Made by a program: the position numbers and the translations under genes
Shown here: positions 33,501 to 45,441 of the stretch, one piece after another
Layout: the number at the start of each line of letters is the position of its first letter
Position numbering within the stretch: the stretch's first letter is position 1
The notes under the pieces: generated by a model
The model's database searches: none
What the model saw: only the letters and a program-made list of their open reading frames with translations
What the model was told of the DNA's origin: nothing
DNA from: Zancudomyces culisetae HAW-14-8
Lineage: Eukaryota; Fungi; Kickxellomycota
Assembly: GCA_052426225.1 (NCBI GenBank)
Contig: JBNJNM010000021.1
Coordinates: 3,286,001-3,350,000 of the forward strand
Reading direction: 5' to 3'
DNA length: 64,000 nt

Positions 33501-34835
33501 TTTATTTCTACGTTTATGCTGACCTTCCATGCATTCATTTCCTCACCCAGGTTCTTTAATCTGTTAATAGATAGATATATGATAAGTCCACCGGATAATC
33601 TGCAGCCTGATGAAATGATTACATGGAGAGAACGAAAGCTCAGTGTAGTAAGACTAAAAGTGATTAACGTGTTTAAGACATGGCTCCGAGAATATTTTGA
33701 ACCTCGCCTTGAAGGCGATATCGAGGCATTAAATATGCTTCGCACCTTTGCATCTACAGTGATTGTTGAATCGTATCCTCGTCTAGCAGAGAGTCTTATA
33801 GTTGAAATTGACATAATTAGCAGTTCCACAGAAAGTCGACAAAGTGGTTTACCGGCTAATACCTCCTCGTTGACTGAGGAGGAGTTTTCGGAATATCATC
33901 AAAATGCACATATTTATAGTTTCTACAACTTTTTAAACCACAAAAGCTCGAAGTACTCTCTTTTTGAGGGCGCTCGAAAAAACGACAATATTGTTAGACA
34001 ACCTATATCATACATTCCTGAAAACCTTGATGCAGCCCAGAGGCTGATTGATGTAATAAATCCCAGGGAACTGGCACGGCAGATAACGTTGATAAACTTT
34101 AATTTGCTCTCAAAAATCAAACCCATAGAGTTTTTGCGAAAGGCATGGGCGCGGAGCTACTTTGATCCAAAGGCAGTAAATGGGCTTACTGTGGAAATAT
34201 CGTGCAATATCCGGATGGTATCACTATTCTCCACACGTGTAACGAACTTTATCATTTCCTCGGTTCTCAGTGAGACCGATGTTTATATGCGTGCGAAAAC
34301 CATAAAATACTATATCACCGTAGGCGAAAATTTGTGGCTATTGCATAATTATGACTGTCTAATGTCACTAGTGGCTGCTTTAAAGTCTACACCATTGTCT
34401 AGGCTTTACAAGACCTGGAAACTCGTTCCAAAACCATCTATTGACTCTTTTAGCTCGTTAAGCACTGTTGTAAATCCCTCTAAAAACTTCTCCGAGTACC
34501 GTACTTCGATACAAAAAATTTCACCTCCTGCGATTCCCTACTTAGGGCTTGTACTCAGCGACCTGACTTTTATTGAGGACGGGAATAGTGACTATCTGGG
34601 CAAAGATAGCCATTCCTCGGAATTGTTAAATTTCTCTAAATTTGAATCCATTGCTAGTTCAATTAGAGCTGTGCTAAACTTTCAGTCAGTCTCTTACATG
34701 ACAAAACTAACATTGGCACCTGATGTTATCTCGCTTTTCTTCAACAAACTGAAGAGTGAAGTCCCGATTTCTGCCAGCCATGACAACCTGATGGAGCAGT
34801 TTTTACAGACTGCAAATAAATTAGAACCCAAATAG
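30573..34835 (+). CDS. Ras guanine-nucleotide exchange factor (REM + CDC25 domains), Cdc25-like
   Basis: 1420 aa. VKCGTLENLV..L, FMLTF..F, RLKVINV.KTW, PRELARQITL, PSKNFSEYR, PAIPYLGL.L.DLTFIEDGN.D, LNFSK. Degenerate WW-like segment near the N-terminus. Confidence 0.9.
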   Translation: MISVIKEEGIKKLFEKVSTNGDICDDTMKVLQQEMVPYYCERRATLDGKVYIVNTITDHTYWSESSSTKVQPVPIGVNNSDTKYMQPNGYIWAITSKQSSVHESKISKDNMDEVKKSIVSMLSAIKSAGRMLSNHNISSGMVITLNRLQNSIDILEKEIYIGNKNRYFETVAIIAEDANIITKLVAMYGPNEEPQSQSIESSRRLSVLAHEMLLSAGIAASIWEPPDAILRLIKCILSYFVVLEIIVRDFLKSEPNMYKRASIGELGNGVRTSSHVENNASLAKILAGSRFQNTNRLNSTLTLESDFSHTISSSLDRPYSLQIIQKIISNESHIKNPENTDTNGVNGLINGTSYFQNEHQRLSSNLRVNQNYYRRNIKSTIASQRYENTRRASSTLLESETNKISADFETLSKGEGDLIKPNTGKLSISLAHQEDLLDPGCNEKSLIFSSCMLPGLEETNVALSKHLLMTKNQASYLLKRYSSFEKSQTQYESMDKVSRHLGVYCKRMTSNLGEFLGKVNQAEYIIRAYKVDEDKISFTEALDEDPENISKYISGCDTPDADTYDHPETGKRHIQTELLRLQKLREEVQFLSMDIVVAVQDLLFLSPQLYINSVLHNGPKEEQAAGENISTEICRSHESGEEIDPNLNKSRNIKYGREARGGLRETVLDSSVFSLDIPFKNSHQDANTNPSPYLDNTSLYTDSQHEQPTKAFDLDSKTHSVLVSHPFALFRPDSTERNTGFLSKLNQLTILLLRLDTTCLKLWLSVKYIFEICDKKTIETLLKCATPRNSVIKGGYRSTMNQNSHLSNSGGQFNITQDAPLVFSNVELQRKHQPLLVNPKLDSNFSKPSGLNSNTFSTVRPASTKLSVQNNVSRMFSYKKIKNFVKNFKKPSKGTILSSKRESGLDPTSDTFGKKRSAFEMGRSISSRPSSISELQELTEDIYHNGLVFDSKKRVKCGTLENLVGYLTSDTMLDEDFISTFMLTFHAFISSPRFFNLLIDRYMISPPDNLQPDEMITWRERKLSVVRLKVINVFKTWLREYFEPRLEGDIEALNMLRTFASTVIVESYPRLAESLIVEIDIISSSTESRQSGLPANTSSLTEEEFSEYHQNAHIYSFYNFLNHKSSKYSLFEGARKNDNIVRQPISYIPENLDAAQRLIDVINPRELARQITLINFNLLSKIKPIEFLRKAWARSYFDPKAVNGLTVEISCNIRMVSLFSTRVTNFIISSVLSETDVYMRAKTIKYYITVGENLWLLHNYDCLMSLVAALKSTPLSRLYKTWKLVPKPSIDSFSSLSTVVNPSKNFSEYRTSIQKISPPAIPYLGLVLSDLTFIEDGNSDYLGKDSHSSELLNFSKFESIASSIRAVLNFQSVSYMTKLTLAPDVISLFFNKLKSEVPISASHDNLMEQFLQTANKLEPK

Positions 34836-35254
34836 CTGTAACTTTTTTTTTTGTTAGATGGATTTAACAAGTAAACATCTCATAAAACCAAAAAAGCATC
34901 TGTAGCGTTAAACCTACTTTTTTCTTACCCACTTGTTATTTAATTCACAAGATTTATCATGTTGATTTGGAATGCAAGTTGAAATAAAATAGGTTTTTTC
35001 ATTCGTGAATTAGAAATAGCAGTAGTAATGATATAGCAATAGTGATAGTAATAGAATGGCAATAGAGTGGCAATAACAATAACAATAACAATCAGAGATA
35101 TCAGTTGTCATTATTAGCCTTTATAATAAGAACAATAGATCAAAGTATATAATTCAGAATTAATAAAGTATATTAAGAGTTATGCATAGTGATACGAAGG
35201 TAATAAACGAAACAAAAAACTCCAATAATCAATAACAGCGGGGAATACACTTTG

Positions 35255-37381
35255 TTACATCCTAGATACTACAGGATTAAAGTTTGGATTTATAAGTTTT
35301 GCAACTGTAATCCATATTTCATTCATAATCAACGGGTCGTCAATTGTAGGTGGGGTTGATATTGGACATTTTGTTGGAAGATTGTCCTTATGTGTCCCTG
35401 CGTAGTTGACCATAGTTCTAATCGTCTTGCGAAGAATTTTTCCACTTCTAGTCTTGGGAAGACGGCCTACAAAAATGATGTTTTCGGGTGTCATTGATGC
35501 AACTGCACCAATATCGGATCGTACTTGTGCAGCAATTCTCTTGGCAATTTCAGCCTTTTCATTTTGGGTGGCTGTACCAATCAAGACGGCAAACACCATT
35601 GGGACCTGGCCCTTTATTTCATGAGGAGTACCAACAGTACATGCTTCGGCTATGCTTTTATCCTTAACAACAATTTCTTCGTACGACGATGTAGAGAACC
35701 TGTGTGCAGCGACGTTGATCACATCATCGTTTCTGGACATTATGTGAACATATCCGTTTTCATCAACAAAGCCTACATCTCCTGTGTCGTAGTATCCAGG
35801 GTACTTCTTAAAGTACGACTCAAAGTAGCGTTTCTTGTCGTTCCAGAGACTGGAAAAGAAGCCTGGTGGGAGTGGAAGCTTAATGACAATGTCACCAACT
35901 TCACCAACACTTGCTTCGATTGTATCTTGAACAACTGAATCTTCTTCCGCATGAGCATCTTCTTTGACTTTTAGCACTCTTAAATCAACACCAACTATGG
36001 GCATTCCGGCTGATCCAAACTGTATTGGAGCAATTTCTTTGGGGTCTTCTGAAACACCAATACAAACTCCTGTGATTGGACTTCCTGACTCGGTTTGCCA
36101 CCAGTGATCAACAGCGATCTTTTCTATAGTGTCAGATTGGTATATTTTTTCTGTAATTTTTTTACCTGAAGTGTGTTCGATCCACCATCTATGAATCTCC
36201 GGAGCGCACCTCTCTCCCGCCATAAAGAGTCCACGGATTGTGCTCAGATCATACTTCTTCACAACTGCATGTTCGTTGTCTTCTCGTCGCAGTACAACAA
36301 TTGCAGTTGGTGCTGTGAAAAATACACTTGCTTTATATTCCTGCATAATTCTAAAGAATGACCCCGCATCTGGGGTACCTATTGGTTTGCCTTCATAAAG
36401 AATAGTACTGCTGCCCTCAACCAATGGTGCGTAACAGATGTATGTATGACCTACAACCCATCCTAGATCGCTGGCACAAAAGAACACTTCGCCTGGCTTG
36501 ACGCCGTACAAATTCTTCATTGTCCAGCTAATCATTACCGCATGTGGGCCACTTGGCCTGACGACGCCCTTCGGCATACCTGTTGTGCCACTTGTATACA
36601 AAATGTAAAGTGGATGGTTTGATTCGACAACTGCCAAAGGAACATCTGGTGATTCCTGGACACTGGCGACCTCATCGCTCCAGTATCTAAAACCTGCGTC
36701 TACGTCTAACTTCACAGGACACTGTTCTCGTTGGTATACAATGCTCACCTTTGGCTTGTGCTCCGAAATTTCAAGAGCCTTTGTGAGGAGTGGTACATAT
36801 TTAATCATCTTGAGTTTTCCCTCAAGACCACAAGTGGCAGATACAACCACCTTGGGTTTACAGTCATCAATTCGCTTTGCAAGCTCGGGTGAAGCAAAAC
36901 CGCCGAATACAACTGAATGTACAGCACCAAGTCTAGCACAAGCAAGCATGGCAATGATTGTTTGTGGTATCATTGGCATGTAAATAATTACTGTGTCACC
37001 CTTACCCACGCCGTTTTTATCCAACACCTTGGCAAACTCTTTTACTCTCTGTAGCAACACATTGTATGTGAAAACTTGTTTGGTTTCTGTGACTGGTGAA
37101 TCGTATATAACAGCTGCCTGCTCTCCACGGCCTTGCTCGACGTGTCTATCCAACGCGTTGTAGCACACATTCAACGTTCCATCGGCAAACCAATCAACGT
37201 AGTACTTCTTCATTGGGTTGGCAAAGTTATATGCTGCGGTGGGTTTTTTGACCCATGTGATATTCTTGTATGCCTCCTCTAGCCAAAACTGCTCTGGGTT
37301 ATTTAAACTTTCTGCAAGCATGGCACCTTGCACAACTTTGGTATTTACGAACTTGTTGCTGTCGTCGTTTCTTGGTGTCAT
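35255..37381 (-). CDS. Acyl-CoA synthetase short-chain family 3 / propionyl-CoA synthetase (PrpE-like)
   Basis: WF.DG.LN.CYNALDRHV, YILYTSGTTGMPKGV.R, SDLGWVVGH, DHWWQTESG, YYDTGD, LPKTRSGKILR. Confidence 0.9.
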   Translation of the reverse strand: MTPRNDDSNKFVNTKVVQGAMLAESLNNPEQFWLEEAYKNITWVKKPTAAYNFANPMKKYYVDWFADGTLNVCYNALDRHVEQGRGEQAAVIYDSPVTETKQVFTYNVLLQRVKEFAKVLDKNGVGKGDTVIIYMPMIPQTIIAMLACARLGAVHSVVFGGFASPELAKRIDDCKPKVVVSATCGLEGKLKMIKYVPLLTKALEISEHKPKVSIVYQREQCPVKLDVDAGFRYWSDEVASVQESPDVPLAVVESNHPLYILYTSGTTGMPKGVVRPSGPHAVMISWTMKNLYGVKPGEVFFCASDLGWVVGHTYICYAPLVEGSSTILYEGKPIGTPDAGSFFRIMQEYKASVFFTAPTAIVVLRREDNEHAVVKKYDLSTIRGLFMAGERCAPEIHRWWIEHTSGKKITEKIYQSDTIEKIAVDHWWQTESGSPITGVCIGVSEDPKEIAPIQFGSAGMPIVGVDLRVLKVKEDAHAEEDSVVQDTIEASVGEVGDIVIKLPLPPGFFSSLWNDKKRYFESYFKKYPGYYDTGDVGFVDENGYVHIMSRNDDVINVAAHRFSTSSYEEIVVKDKSIAEACTVGTPHEIKGQVPMVFAVLIGTATQNEKAEIAKRIAAQVRSDIGAVASMTPENIIFVGRLPKTRSGKILRKTIRTMVNYAGTHKDNLPTKCPISTPPTIDDPLIMNEIWITVAKLINPNFNPVVSRM

Positions 37382-40300
37382 TTTCAGTTGTTGATTAAAG
37401 CTGTCTGTTTAGTGTATTATTTTTCTGAGTGCTGTATTCCTTCCTTATATAAAAGGTGTCAAACTGGTTGTAGCCAAAGTAATAACAGATCTCAAGTGTA
37501 TATTCCTTGACGTTATATATTTATTTCTAACTATACTTCTGTGTAATAGGGTCTATGGAGCAGAAGACATAGATGCTAGAATAATTGCTGGTTATATATA
37601 CCATCATCCTGGATTTCATATAACTGGTTGTTTCAACTCTTTAATCTATTAACAATTGATTTTCATGATGGAGCTGTGTCTGTGTTCTCTAAGTTTTGCT
37701 TTACAAATCTAAATAGAAAAAAACAAGGGGGTGGATGATGTTACGAAAGAGATTGTATCGAAAACACTGGCCTTTTTTTTTCTAAACCCATTCTCATTCG
37801 GTAGCTCTCAATCAATCTCAACTAATTTTTTCATTATCTTTACGTCAATTAAATAATGCTAAGTTTATTCTATCCAATAAGTTATTTCAAAATACCAAAC
37901 GCTATTTCATTGTTCTTCCCCTCCCCCCTAGCAGAATATTCATTACTTAAAAAAAGGTGGTCGAAATGGCCTTATATCAATCTGGATAGTTGCTTCAACT
38001 ATAAGTTCGAATAAATGTAGATATATTTTTTTAAATATTCGTGGTCAGTGTGCTTTCTGAAAACAATTTACCACCAATCAATAAATCGGGGGTACATCCC
38101 TATCACCTACCTCCTCTACTCTCTTCTAGCAGGGTAAGGTTTTACAGGCGATGTAAATTTTTGATAATATCTTTTGGAGAATTACTTGGTGATACAAATA
38201 TTACCATTAATGCTCAAAAAACCAAATAGTCAGGTGTTTTTTTGAGAGCAGAAAATACTCCACTATGAAACTCTAAAGGCCAGAATGATTGGGGAAAAAA
38301 CGGTAAAGTGGAGGAGTAGCATTGCGAAACCCAAGCACCTATCATGAAATTGATAGTGTTATCTTTTTTGGCAATGTTTAGGCTCGTTTTTTCTCACCCT
38401 CCCCAAGTATGTATTTTATTTTGAAAATCTTTACACACCCCCCAGCTTTTAGAAAAAAAAAAAGACTGTAAAAAAAAGAGCGTTCAAAAAGAAAGCTCAT
38501 AAAGCCGATATGGTACCATGAATTGCAACACAACCAGTAAATACCAACTTAGATTTGTTTATCGCATGTGTTTTATTTGAACTATTTATGCGGCGTGTTT
38601 GCAAAAATGTGAAAATATTAGCAAGGCTTTTCTTATCCAATCTACAGAGAATTATGGAATCATAGCCAATAGATAAGAGTTTTTTAATTATCCACGATTG
38701 GATTACAAGAACCAAAATGAGACCCAAGAAACAAAAGGAAATGATATCCAGATTATCGGTCCAATACACTAAGTAAAAACAGTGTTCTTTTTTATTTTAT
38801 CTTTTTACAAAAAAAAAATCTCTACACCGGATCATTCATTCCACCGCATCAATAATCAAGGAAACTTGTTCATTTTCTTTATCTTAAGCAAAGGAATGGT
38901 AAATGAAGATATCTAGCCCCCATCAGAATATTATATAACAAAGCTCAAGAATGATGCAAAAACTACAAGATATGGTGTGTGTATGCGTACCAAAGGTCAT
39001 TAGTGAGAAACTTTGTAATGTAGACCCAGTTGGATATATTGCAAAAGCTGATCCTCAAGTATCAGTATTTTTAATAAATAAACAAGCAAACAAAAGCATG
39101 TTCTCAGCCCTTTTATGTGTATGTTATTTCCTGCTAAAATATCATTTAGTCTCTTTCCTCCCTCGAAAAAAAAAGGAAATGCTATGAAATTATGTATGTG
39201 TGGCCAACCAAAATACTGCAAAATTAATATTGCATCATAACAAAGCCATAATTACATTTTTTTTAAATAATGAACCAAGTGTCTAGACAGTTAATGAATA
39301 GACACATGATCTGTAACAAACAACCCACCCTTCCTTCCCTCTCTCAAAAAAAGACTTGAGTGCAATCCATTTGTGGCTTGAAATAGTTATCTCTACACCA
39401 AACTCAAAATCTAAGATCTTTTGGAACTTCATATAATTGCGCTAAACACGCAAATACTCGTACGCTCAGCTACAATATGAAAGCTTGGACTACCAGAACG
39501 TTGACCCCGCCGTTCACATTAAAGCTAAACCTAGAGCTACCTACTTGTCAAAATTACGCCAACACACATTTTTTCCTCATGAAGCGTACAATACTAAAAA
39601 TAAATCAATAGCAATAAACCCCTAAACAAGAAAACCAAAAAAGCAAAATCATGATGTGGAAATAAGATAGAGATATGTGCTAACCTTTAACAAGAATTGG
39701 GTTGTTATCCAGACCTTTAGCATGATTGGAACTATCTTTGTGTTGTCATAACAACATATCTTTGGTTTTCAATCACAGGTTTCATTTTGTTTTTACTTTT
39801 TACGCAATAAGCTTACTAAATGAATATCACATAAAACAATAAAGCAATTGTAAATAACATATATCTAACCCGATTCCCCTTCGTTACTCTTGCGACTTCA
39901 TGCTCATCGGGCATTTATTCGAAGAGGTTGTCTCTACTCCTAGTCGATTTAGGGTAATCATCTTGGCTTGACTAAGGATAATATTTTGGATCCTCTCTCC
40001 TTTATGGGGTAGTAAAGCCGATTGTAACAGCATACGCCTTTTAAAATCCAGAAAGCCTTTGAAATATGATTTTTCATCTTTAGTTGTATTGACTATTTGT
40101 TTTGAAGCAACTAAACTTTGAGCAGAATGAAATACATATATATACTAGTATCAATTACATAGAAAGCGATCAAAATCAAAAAATGTACATGTAAATGGTG
40201 TTTAACGGGATCAAGGTTGGTGAGGTAACGCTATAGCCGAGGGAAAAAAAATTCTGGTCATATACTTGTACATCAATAACTTTATATGTAACTACAGGAT

Positions 40301-40459
40301 TAATAAATCGCGTCGTCTAATTTTTGATTTTAGATATCAGCATTTCCAAATGGAATGAAAATAAAAAAAAAGGAAAAAGAGAGAAAACCTAGTCCACAAA
40401 ATAAATTGAAAAGGAAAGCACGATGAAGGTGTAGAGACCAGTAAATGACGTTTGACCAT

Positions 40460-42000
40460 TTAAACGGTAACAGCCCATTGTTGGTGCGCAATAGTACCAT
40501 TTTGGATTCCCAGGATATGATCATATATTCTCTTTGTGAGCGGGCCAAATTCTACTGTTGGGTCTTTGGGATCAAGGGGCACTTTAACATCAGTACCCTC
40601 GTATCCAATCTCTTTGATGGGAGAGATAACGCAGGCTGTTCCACATCCAAACATTTCCAAAAGTCGCCCTTCCTTGGATGCTTTTGCAACTTGTTTCATA
40701 GTAATAACACCCTCAGTCACCTTAAATTCATTGTACTCTCTGCAGACTTTGAGTACTGAGTCACGTGTAATTCCAGGAAGAATAGTACCATCAAGTTCAG
40801 GAGTAATGAGCTCTTTTTCTATTGGAAATAGCCAATTATATCTTGGTTTAGTCACAAATAGTACTTCATAAAATGATAAATATTATTAAAAAACGAATAA
40901 TCAGCAAAAATTACCTCCAGCTTCGTTTATCCAGTAAACAAATACGTTCATAGTTCCAGCCTCGGACAAGTTGTGCTCTGGCCCAAAAGTCCAAAGAACC
41001 TGCTGATATCCCTTCTCAGCGGCGTCACGTAGTGCCTTCATACCACCATCATAGTTTGATCCCAATTTCTTGTCACCTGTACCGCCTGGCCATGCACGAA
41101 CTCTTTCAGGATCTGTCAATAGCCTTGTTGCCTTCAATCCTGTAGGGAAGTAAGGGCCTGATGGTGAACATATAACATAAAGCAAAACTTTTTTTGGGGT
41201 ACGGACACCCAATACACCTTCTGTTCCTATCATATTTGGCCTGATATACATTGAAAGACCTTCTCCATCTGGGATATCACCTTTGTCAAGTCTGACAAGT
41301 TCCTCCAAGCACTTGAGGCCTTCTTCTGGATTGAAAGTCTAAGTTGTTGTTTGTTTATACTAAATCAGTCTTGTATCGTGTTATTGTGAAACACACCTTC
41401 ATATTTTATTGCATTTTTCTGTAGTTTATTGAATTTCATGTTGGCGCATATTTAGCGGTGTACTTACTGGAAAACCCAAAAACTCAGCAGAGTTGTTTAA
41501 CCGTTTCATGTTTTCAATTGGTCTAAACAACCTATACTTTCCATCAACACCCTTATATGCCTTCATTCCCTCAAAGCATTCCATGGCATAGTTAAGCGTA
41601 CTGGCAGCTGGATGAACTGAAAGATTTCCAAATGGTACAATCTGTGGACTGCCCCAACCATTATTAGCACACCATTCTACCACCAACATATGGTTGCTGA
41701 AATTTGCTCCGAATACGAGCTGGTCCTTTGGTGGGAGTGTCTTGATGGTTTCTGCCTTTTTGATTTTCAAATCTTTGTGCTATAGATAGATAACGTTACA
41801 AGAATAAAGATAAGTGCTACAAATGTTTGCAATTGGTTTAAAGTAATTTCTCAATGGTCTGAGATGCATTGAAATCATTAAACTTGCTCACTTACGAAAA
41901 ATGTCGAGGATGAACCACTGCTATAAGTTGCTCTTAGTATAGAGCTTAGGCTATTCAGTGCCCTGTTGCTTGTTCTACCGTACAACCTTGTTGCAAACAT
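40460..42000 (-). CDS. BAT1: Branched-chain amino acid aminotransferase with mitochondrial presequence, 4 exons
   Basis: Exons 42000-41896, 41779-41468, 41338-40915, 40818-40460. R/S-rich N-terminus (MFATRLYGRTSNRALNSLSSILRATYSS), FEGMKAY, LFRP, YIRP, RAWPGG.G..KLG.NY, EAGTMN, ILPGITR, EMFG.GTA. Confidence 0.95.
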
Positions 42001-42215
42001 TATTATTCTAGATCTTTATTTTATAATCTGGTAAGTTGATACTGGAGCCTTTTTTTGTATTAAACGAAACGCTCACTATTTTTGCACTGTATCGAGAACG
42101 AGCTATTTCTTGCTATTTATACGGTAAAAAAGTGCGTGAATAACAGCTAGGAGTGAATACAATAACCTAACACACAGACTTTTACACCACTTAATTGCGC
42201 ATTAAAAAAAATTCG

Positions 42216-42289
42216 GAGTCAAAGTGACTTGCGCTGTTATGATTATGGTTGATTTGAAGAAGTTGTTTTTATTGGTGGTCTGGGAGTCA
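42216..42289 (-). promoter_or_regulatory. Two TGACTC (Gcn4/CpcA-type) sites upstream of BAT1
   Basis: GAGTCA on the + strand at 42216-42221 and 42284-42289, about 220 and 290 bp upstream of the BAT1 ATG. Confidence 0.4.
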
Positions 42290-42532
42290 GCTAAATGGTC
42301 ATTTGCTTTGCAACATTAGATTATTCATTCACATTGGACTTTCTTCATATTTTTTTTGTCAGTTTTACAGCGTTTTAATTTGCATTATTTGGCTTTAAAC
42401 ATTATAAGGGTGAAAATCAAATAAAATTTCTTGAAACGCATGTAGAAGAGGTTCCGTGAAAAATTTTTTTTTTAGCATTTCATAATGCGTAATTAAAGCA
42501 GCTATTGAAACAAGTTCAAGTTTACGGGCTGT

Positions 42533-42568
42533 TGCAAGGTGTTGGATGGTGCAAGGTATTGGATGGTG
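42533..42568. repeat. 17-bp tandem duplication TGCAAGGT(G/A)TTGGATGG x2
   Basis: Units at 42533-42549 and 42550-42566, one mismatch. Confidence 0.85.
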
Positions 42569-43412
42569 AAAGTAGCTAGAATTATGAAGGTGCAAACATC
42601 CGATCCTTGTAAAATGTGTATCAAATGTGATCTTAACCTAGTTTGATAGCTTGTGGGAATACTCGGATGGCTTTTTGTCACCATTTCTTTTAAAACATGT
42701 GTGTACAAAAAAGTGAAAAAGGGGAGAATAGTGTTATTTAATGACAGTGCATGCTTTAGTGACATGGTTGGAATCTTTTGAATTAGAGTTTTTTTTCCGA
42801 TTAGCATTGAAACTTTTGTACCTTGGTATTATTTTCGATTCCAGCTCTATGTACATGCATTCTCTTTGTATTCAATTACTATGGTGAAATAGCCGAAAAC
42901 TGTTGGTGAAAAAAGTATATCACCAAGATAAATATCTTGCTGAAACAAGTATATCCCATTGTGAGATTTTCTTTGTATGGTTTTATGTATTTAGTGTAAC
43001 CAGTGTGTGTATACAATGTGGGAGTGAAAATAGAAAAAGTAATACACAATATCACTATACATCTGTGGATATCATTATTTTTTTTGGTAACCATAGCGTG
43101 ATTAGTATAGTATATATATATATATATATACTAGCCTGCAGTCGAGTGTTGGGGTGGTACTGATATAAATGTGGTTTTCGAGCCACGATCTTCATTTCAA
43201 AGAGTGTAAGATACTTTTATATACGTCTTTATATAAGATTCATCTGTTGAGCCACGCCATCATTATTTCCCCACCAATGTCTCACATTTTTTTAATGGCA
43301 GCTCCAAGCTTAAAGGATATTAACCCAGATTTCATTCCTGCCCCAGTTATTGCAGCAAACTACAACGCATTTTTTCCTCGTATTTTTTTTTGCATAACCA
43401 TCGAAATGTGCA

Positions 43413-43634
43413 TTAGTAATCCTGTTTACTAAGCAAAAAGTGGGAAAAAAATTGCTTAATAATGATTCCATTGGCTTCTAACAAAGATGATGAAAAAAAG
43501 AGAGGCTCAAAACACATCTTTCAATCAAACCACTTCAAATCAAAACCATTTCTGAATGTATGTATGGAAAATAACAAAGCAAAAATTCGCCTATTTACCA
43601 GCCCCTCAGTTAGGTTAAAAAAAGGTTTTACTAA
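43413..43634. promoter_or_regulatory. Three TTACTAA (Yap1-response element) sites upstream of GLR1
   Basis: TTAGTAA at 43413-43419, TTACTAA at 43426-43432 and 43628-43634. GLR1 is a classical Yap1 target. Confidence 0.5.
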
Positions 43635-43768
43635 TACGCTTATTTCTTGAGAATAGGACCTTTTACTTTTTTCAATATTTATACTGTGGGAAAAGTTTAT
43701 AAATACTATAGTTAGTCTTGGAAATCTCAATTAGCCAAAAGATAGATTTTTATAAAGAATAAAGAAAA

Positions 43769-45238
43769 ATGTCACCAATAAACAAAGTATTTGACTATAT
43801 TGTGATTGGAGGAGGAAGCGGGGGCTTAGCAAGCGCAAGAAGAGCAGCTTCTTACGGAGCAAAGGTTGCATTGATAGAATCCAGCGGAAGATTGGGAGGA
43901 ACCTGCGTAAATGTGGGTTGTGTACCAAAAAAAGTGATGTTCAATGCCGCAGGCATCCGCGCTGCAATTGAGGATTCCAAGCACTATGGTTTCAGCACAG
44001 AATACAAGGGCTTCAACTGGGGAATATTGAAGAAATCTCGTGATGAATATATCAAACGGTTGAATGGAATATACGAAAACAATTTGAAAAAGGACAATGT
44101 GACCTATATCAGCGGTTTTGGTAAACTCGCAGGTGGAAACAAAGTGAAAGTTATTAGTGCAGACAAGAACGAGGAGATTTACGAAGCCAAAAAGATACTG
44201 ATCGCAGTTGGAGGCAAGCCAACAGTTCCAAAAATCAGTGGAGCAGAATACGGAATCACAAGTGATGAGTTTTTCGAGCTAGAAACCCAGCCAAAGAAGG
44301 TAGCCATTGTAGGTTCAGGATATATTGGGGTAGAATTGGCTGGAGTATTCAGAGAGCTAGGCTCAGAGGTAGTCTTGCTTACAAGAACAGATACCATCCT
44401 TCGACACCACGATGAAATTATTGGAAGCACCATGATGGAAGAAATGACAAGAATCGGAATTAAGTTTGCGATTAACACAAGAGTAATGGAGGTTGAAAAG
44501 AATCAGGGTGCTGAAAACAGTTTGCCATATAAACTAAAATGGAAGGTTGTACCACCAACCGCTGAAGATGCGCTCGATGGCGCAAGTGTGCAGGAAGGAG
44601 CTGTCGCAGCATCGGGTGTAGAAATAGCAAGTGACGATTTTGACTGCATTATCTGGGCAGTAGGAAGAGAAAGTAAGATCAAAAATCTAGGATTAGATGA
44701 AGCGGGAGTCAAGGTCGATAGAAAAAACCTGATTATCGCAGATGAGTACCAATATACCGGAGTAGAAGGAATATTTGCATTGGGTGACGTATGCGGAAAG
44801 TTGGAATTGACACCAGTAGCAATTGCTGCGGGTCGTCGCTTGTCTGACCGCTTGTTTGGTGGTCCACAGTATGTTAACTCCAAGCTGGAATACGAATTGG
44901 TACCCACTGTGATCTTTGGTGTCTTGCCAGCAGGAACAAACGGATTAACAGAACGAGAGGCCATCAAAAAGTATGGCAAGGATAAAATCAAGACATATGT
45001 GACAAGATTCAGCAATATGTACAACGCGATGTTGCCATATAAGCCACCCACAGCTATGAAACTTGTGGTTCTTTTGCCTACAGAACAAGTAGTTGGCCTT
45101 CATATTATTGGCCGGGGATGTGATGAGATGCTGCAGGGCTTTGGTGTTGCCATGAAAATGGGTGCCACAAAGAAGGATTTCGACAACTGTGTAGCCATTC
45201 ACCCAACATCCTCTGAAGAACTTGTTACCCTCCGCTAA
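43769..45238 (+). CDS. GLR1: Glutathione reductase
   Basis: [58 protein letters not shown]. Confidence 0.97.
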   Translation: MSPINKVFDYIVIGGGSGGLASARRAASYGAKVALIESSGRLGGTCVNVGCVPKKVMFNAAGIRAAIEDSKHYGFSTEYKGFNWGILKKSRDEYIKRLNGIYENNLKKDNVTYISGFGKLAGGNKVKVISADKNEEIYEAKKILIAVGGKPTVPKISGAEYGITSDEFFELETQPKKVAIVGSGYIGVELAGVFRELGSEVVLLTRTDTILRHHDEIIGSTMMEEMTRIGIKFAINTRVMEVEKNQGAENSLPYKLKWKVVPPTAEDALDGASVQEGAVAASGVEIASDDFDCIIWAVGRESKIKNLGLDEAGVKVDRKNLIIADEYQYTGVEGIFALGDVCGKLELTPVAIAAGRRLSDRLFGGPQYVNSKLEYELVPTVIFGVLPAGTNGLTEREAIKKYGKDKIKTYVTRFSNMYNAMLPYKPPTAMKLVVLLPTEQVVGLHIIGRGCDEMLQGFGVAMKMGATKKDFDNCVAIHPTSSEELVTLR

Positions 45239-45441
45239 GCTTTTAACTTTAGCTTTTTCGTTTGCTTATCGAACTTGGTTAATGTTTAGTATTTCTTTCC
45301 CCTACTACTTTTTTAGATATAATATTTATTTAAGACAAGTAAAAAGACTAGCCAAATAAAAGATAAAGTAAATCAGTTGATTAGATCCTAAAACTCAAAG
45401 AGATGGTCGAAGAAAAAAGAAGGAATATCAGCCAAGGGGAA

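Noticed and set aside
37400-40400. 3-kb ACS upstream region with several 60-90 aa ORFs and a GC-richer patch near 39870-40020
   Set aside because: No protein or ncRNA motif could be supported; a U3-like reading lacked ordered boxes.
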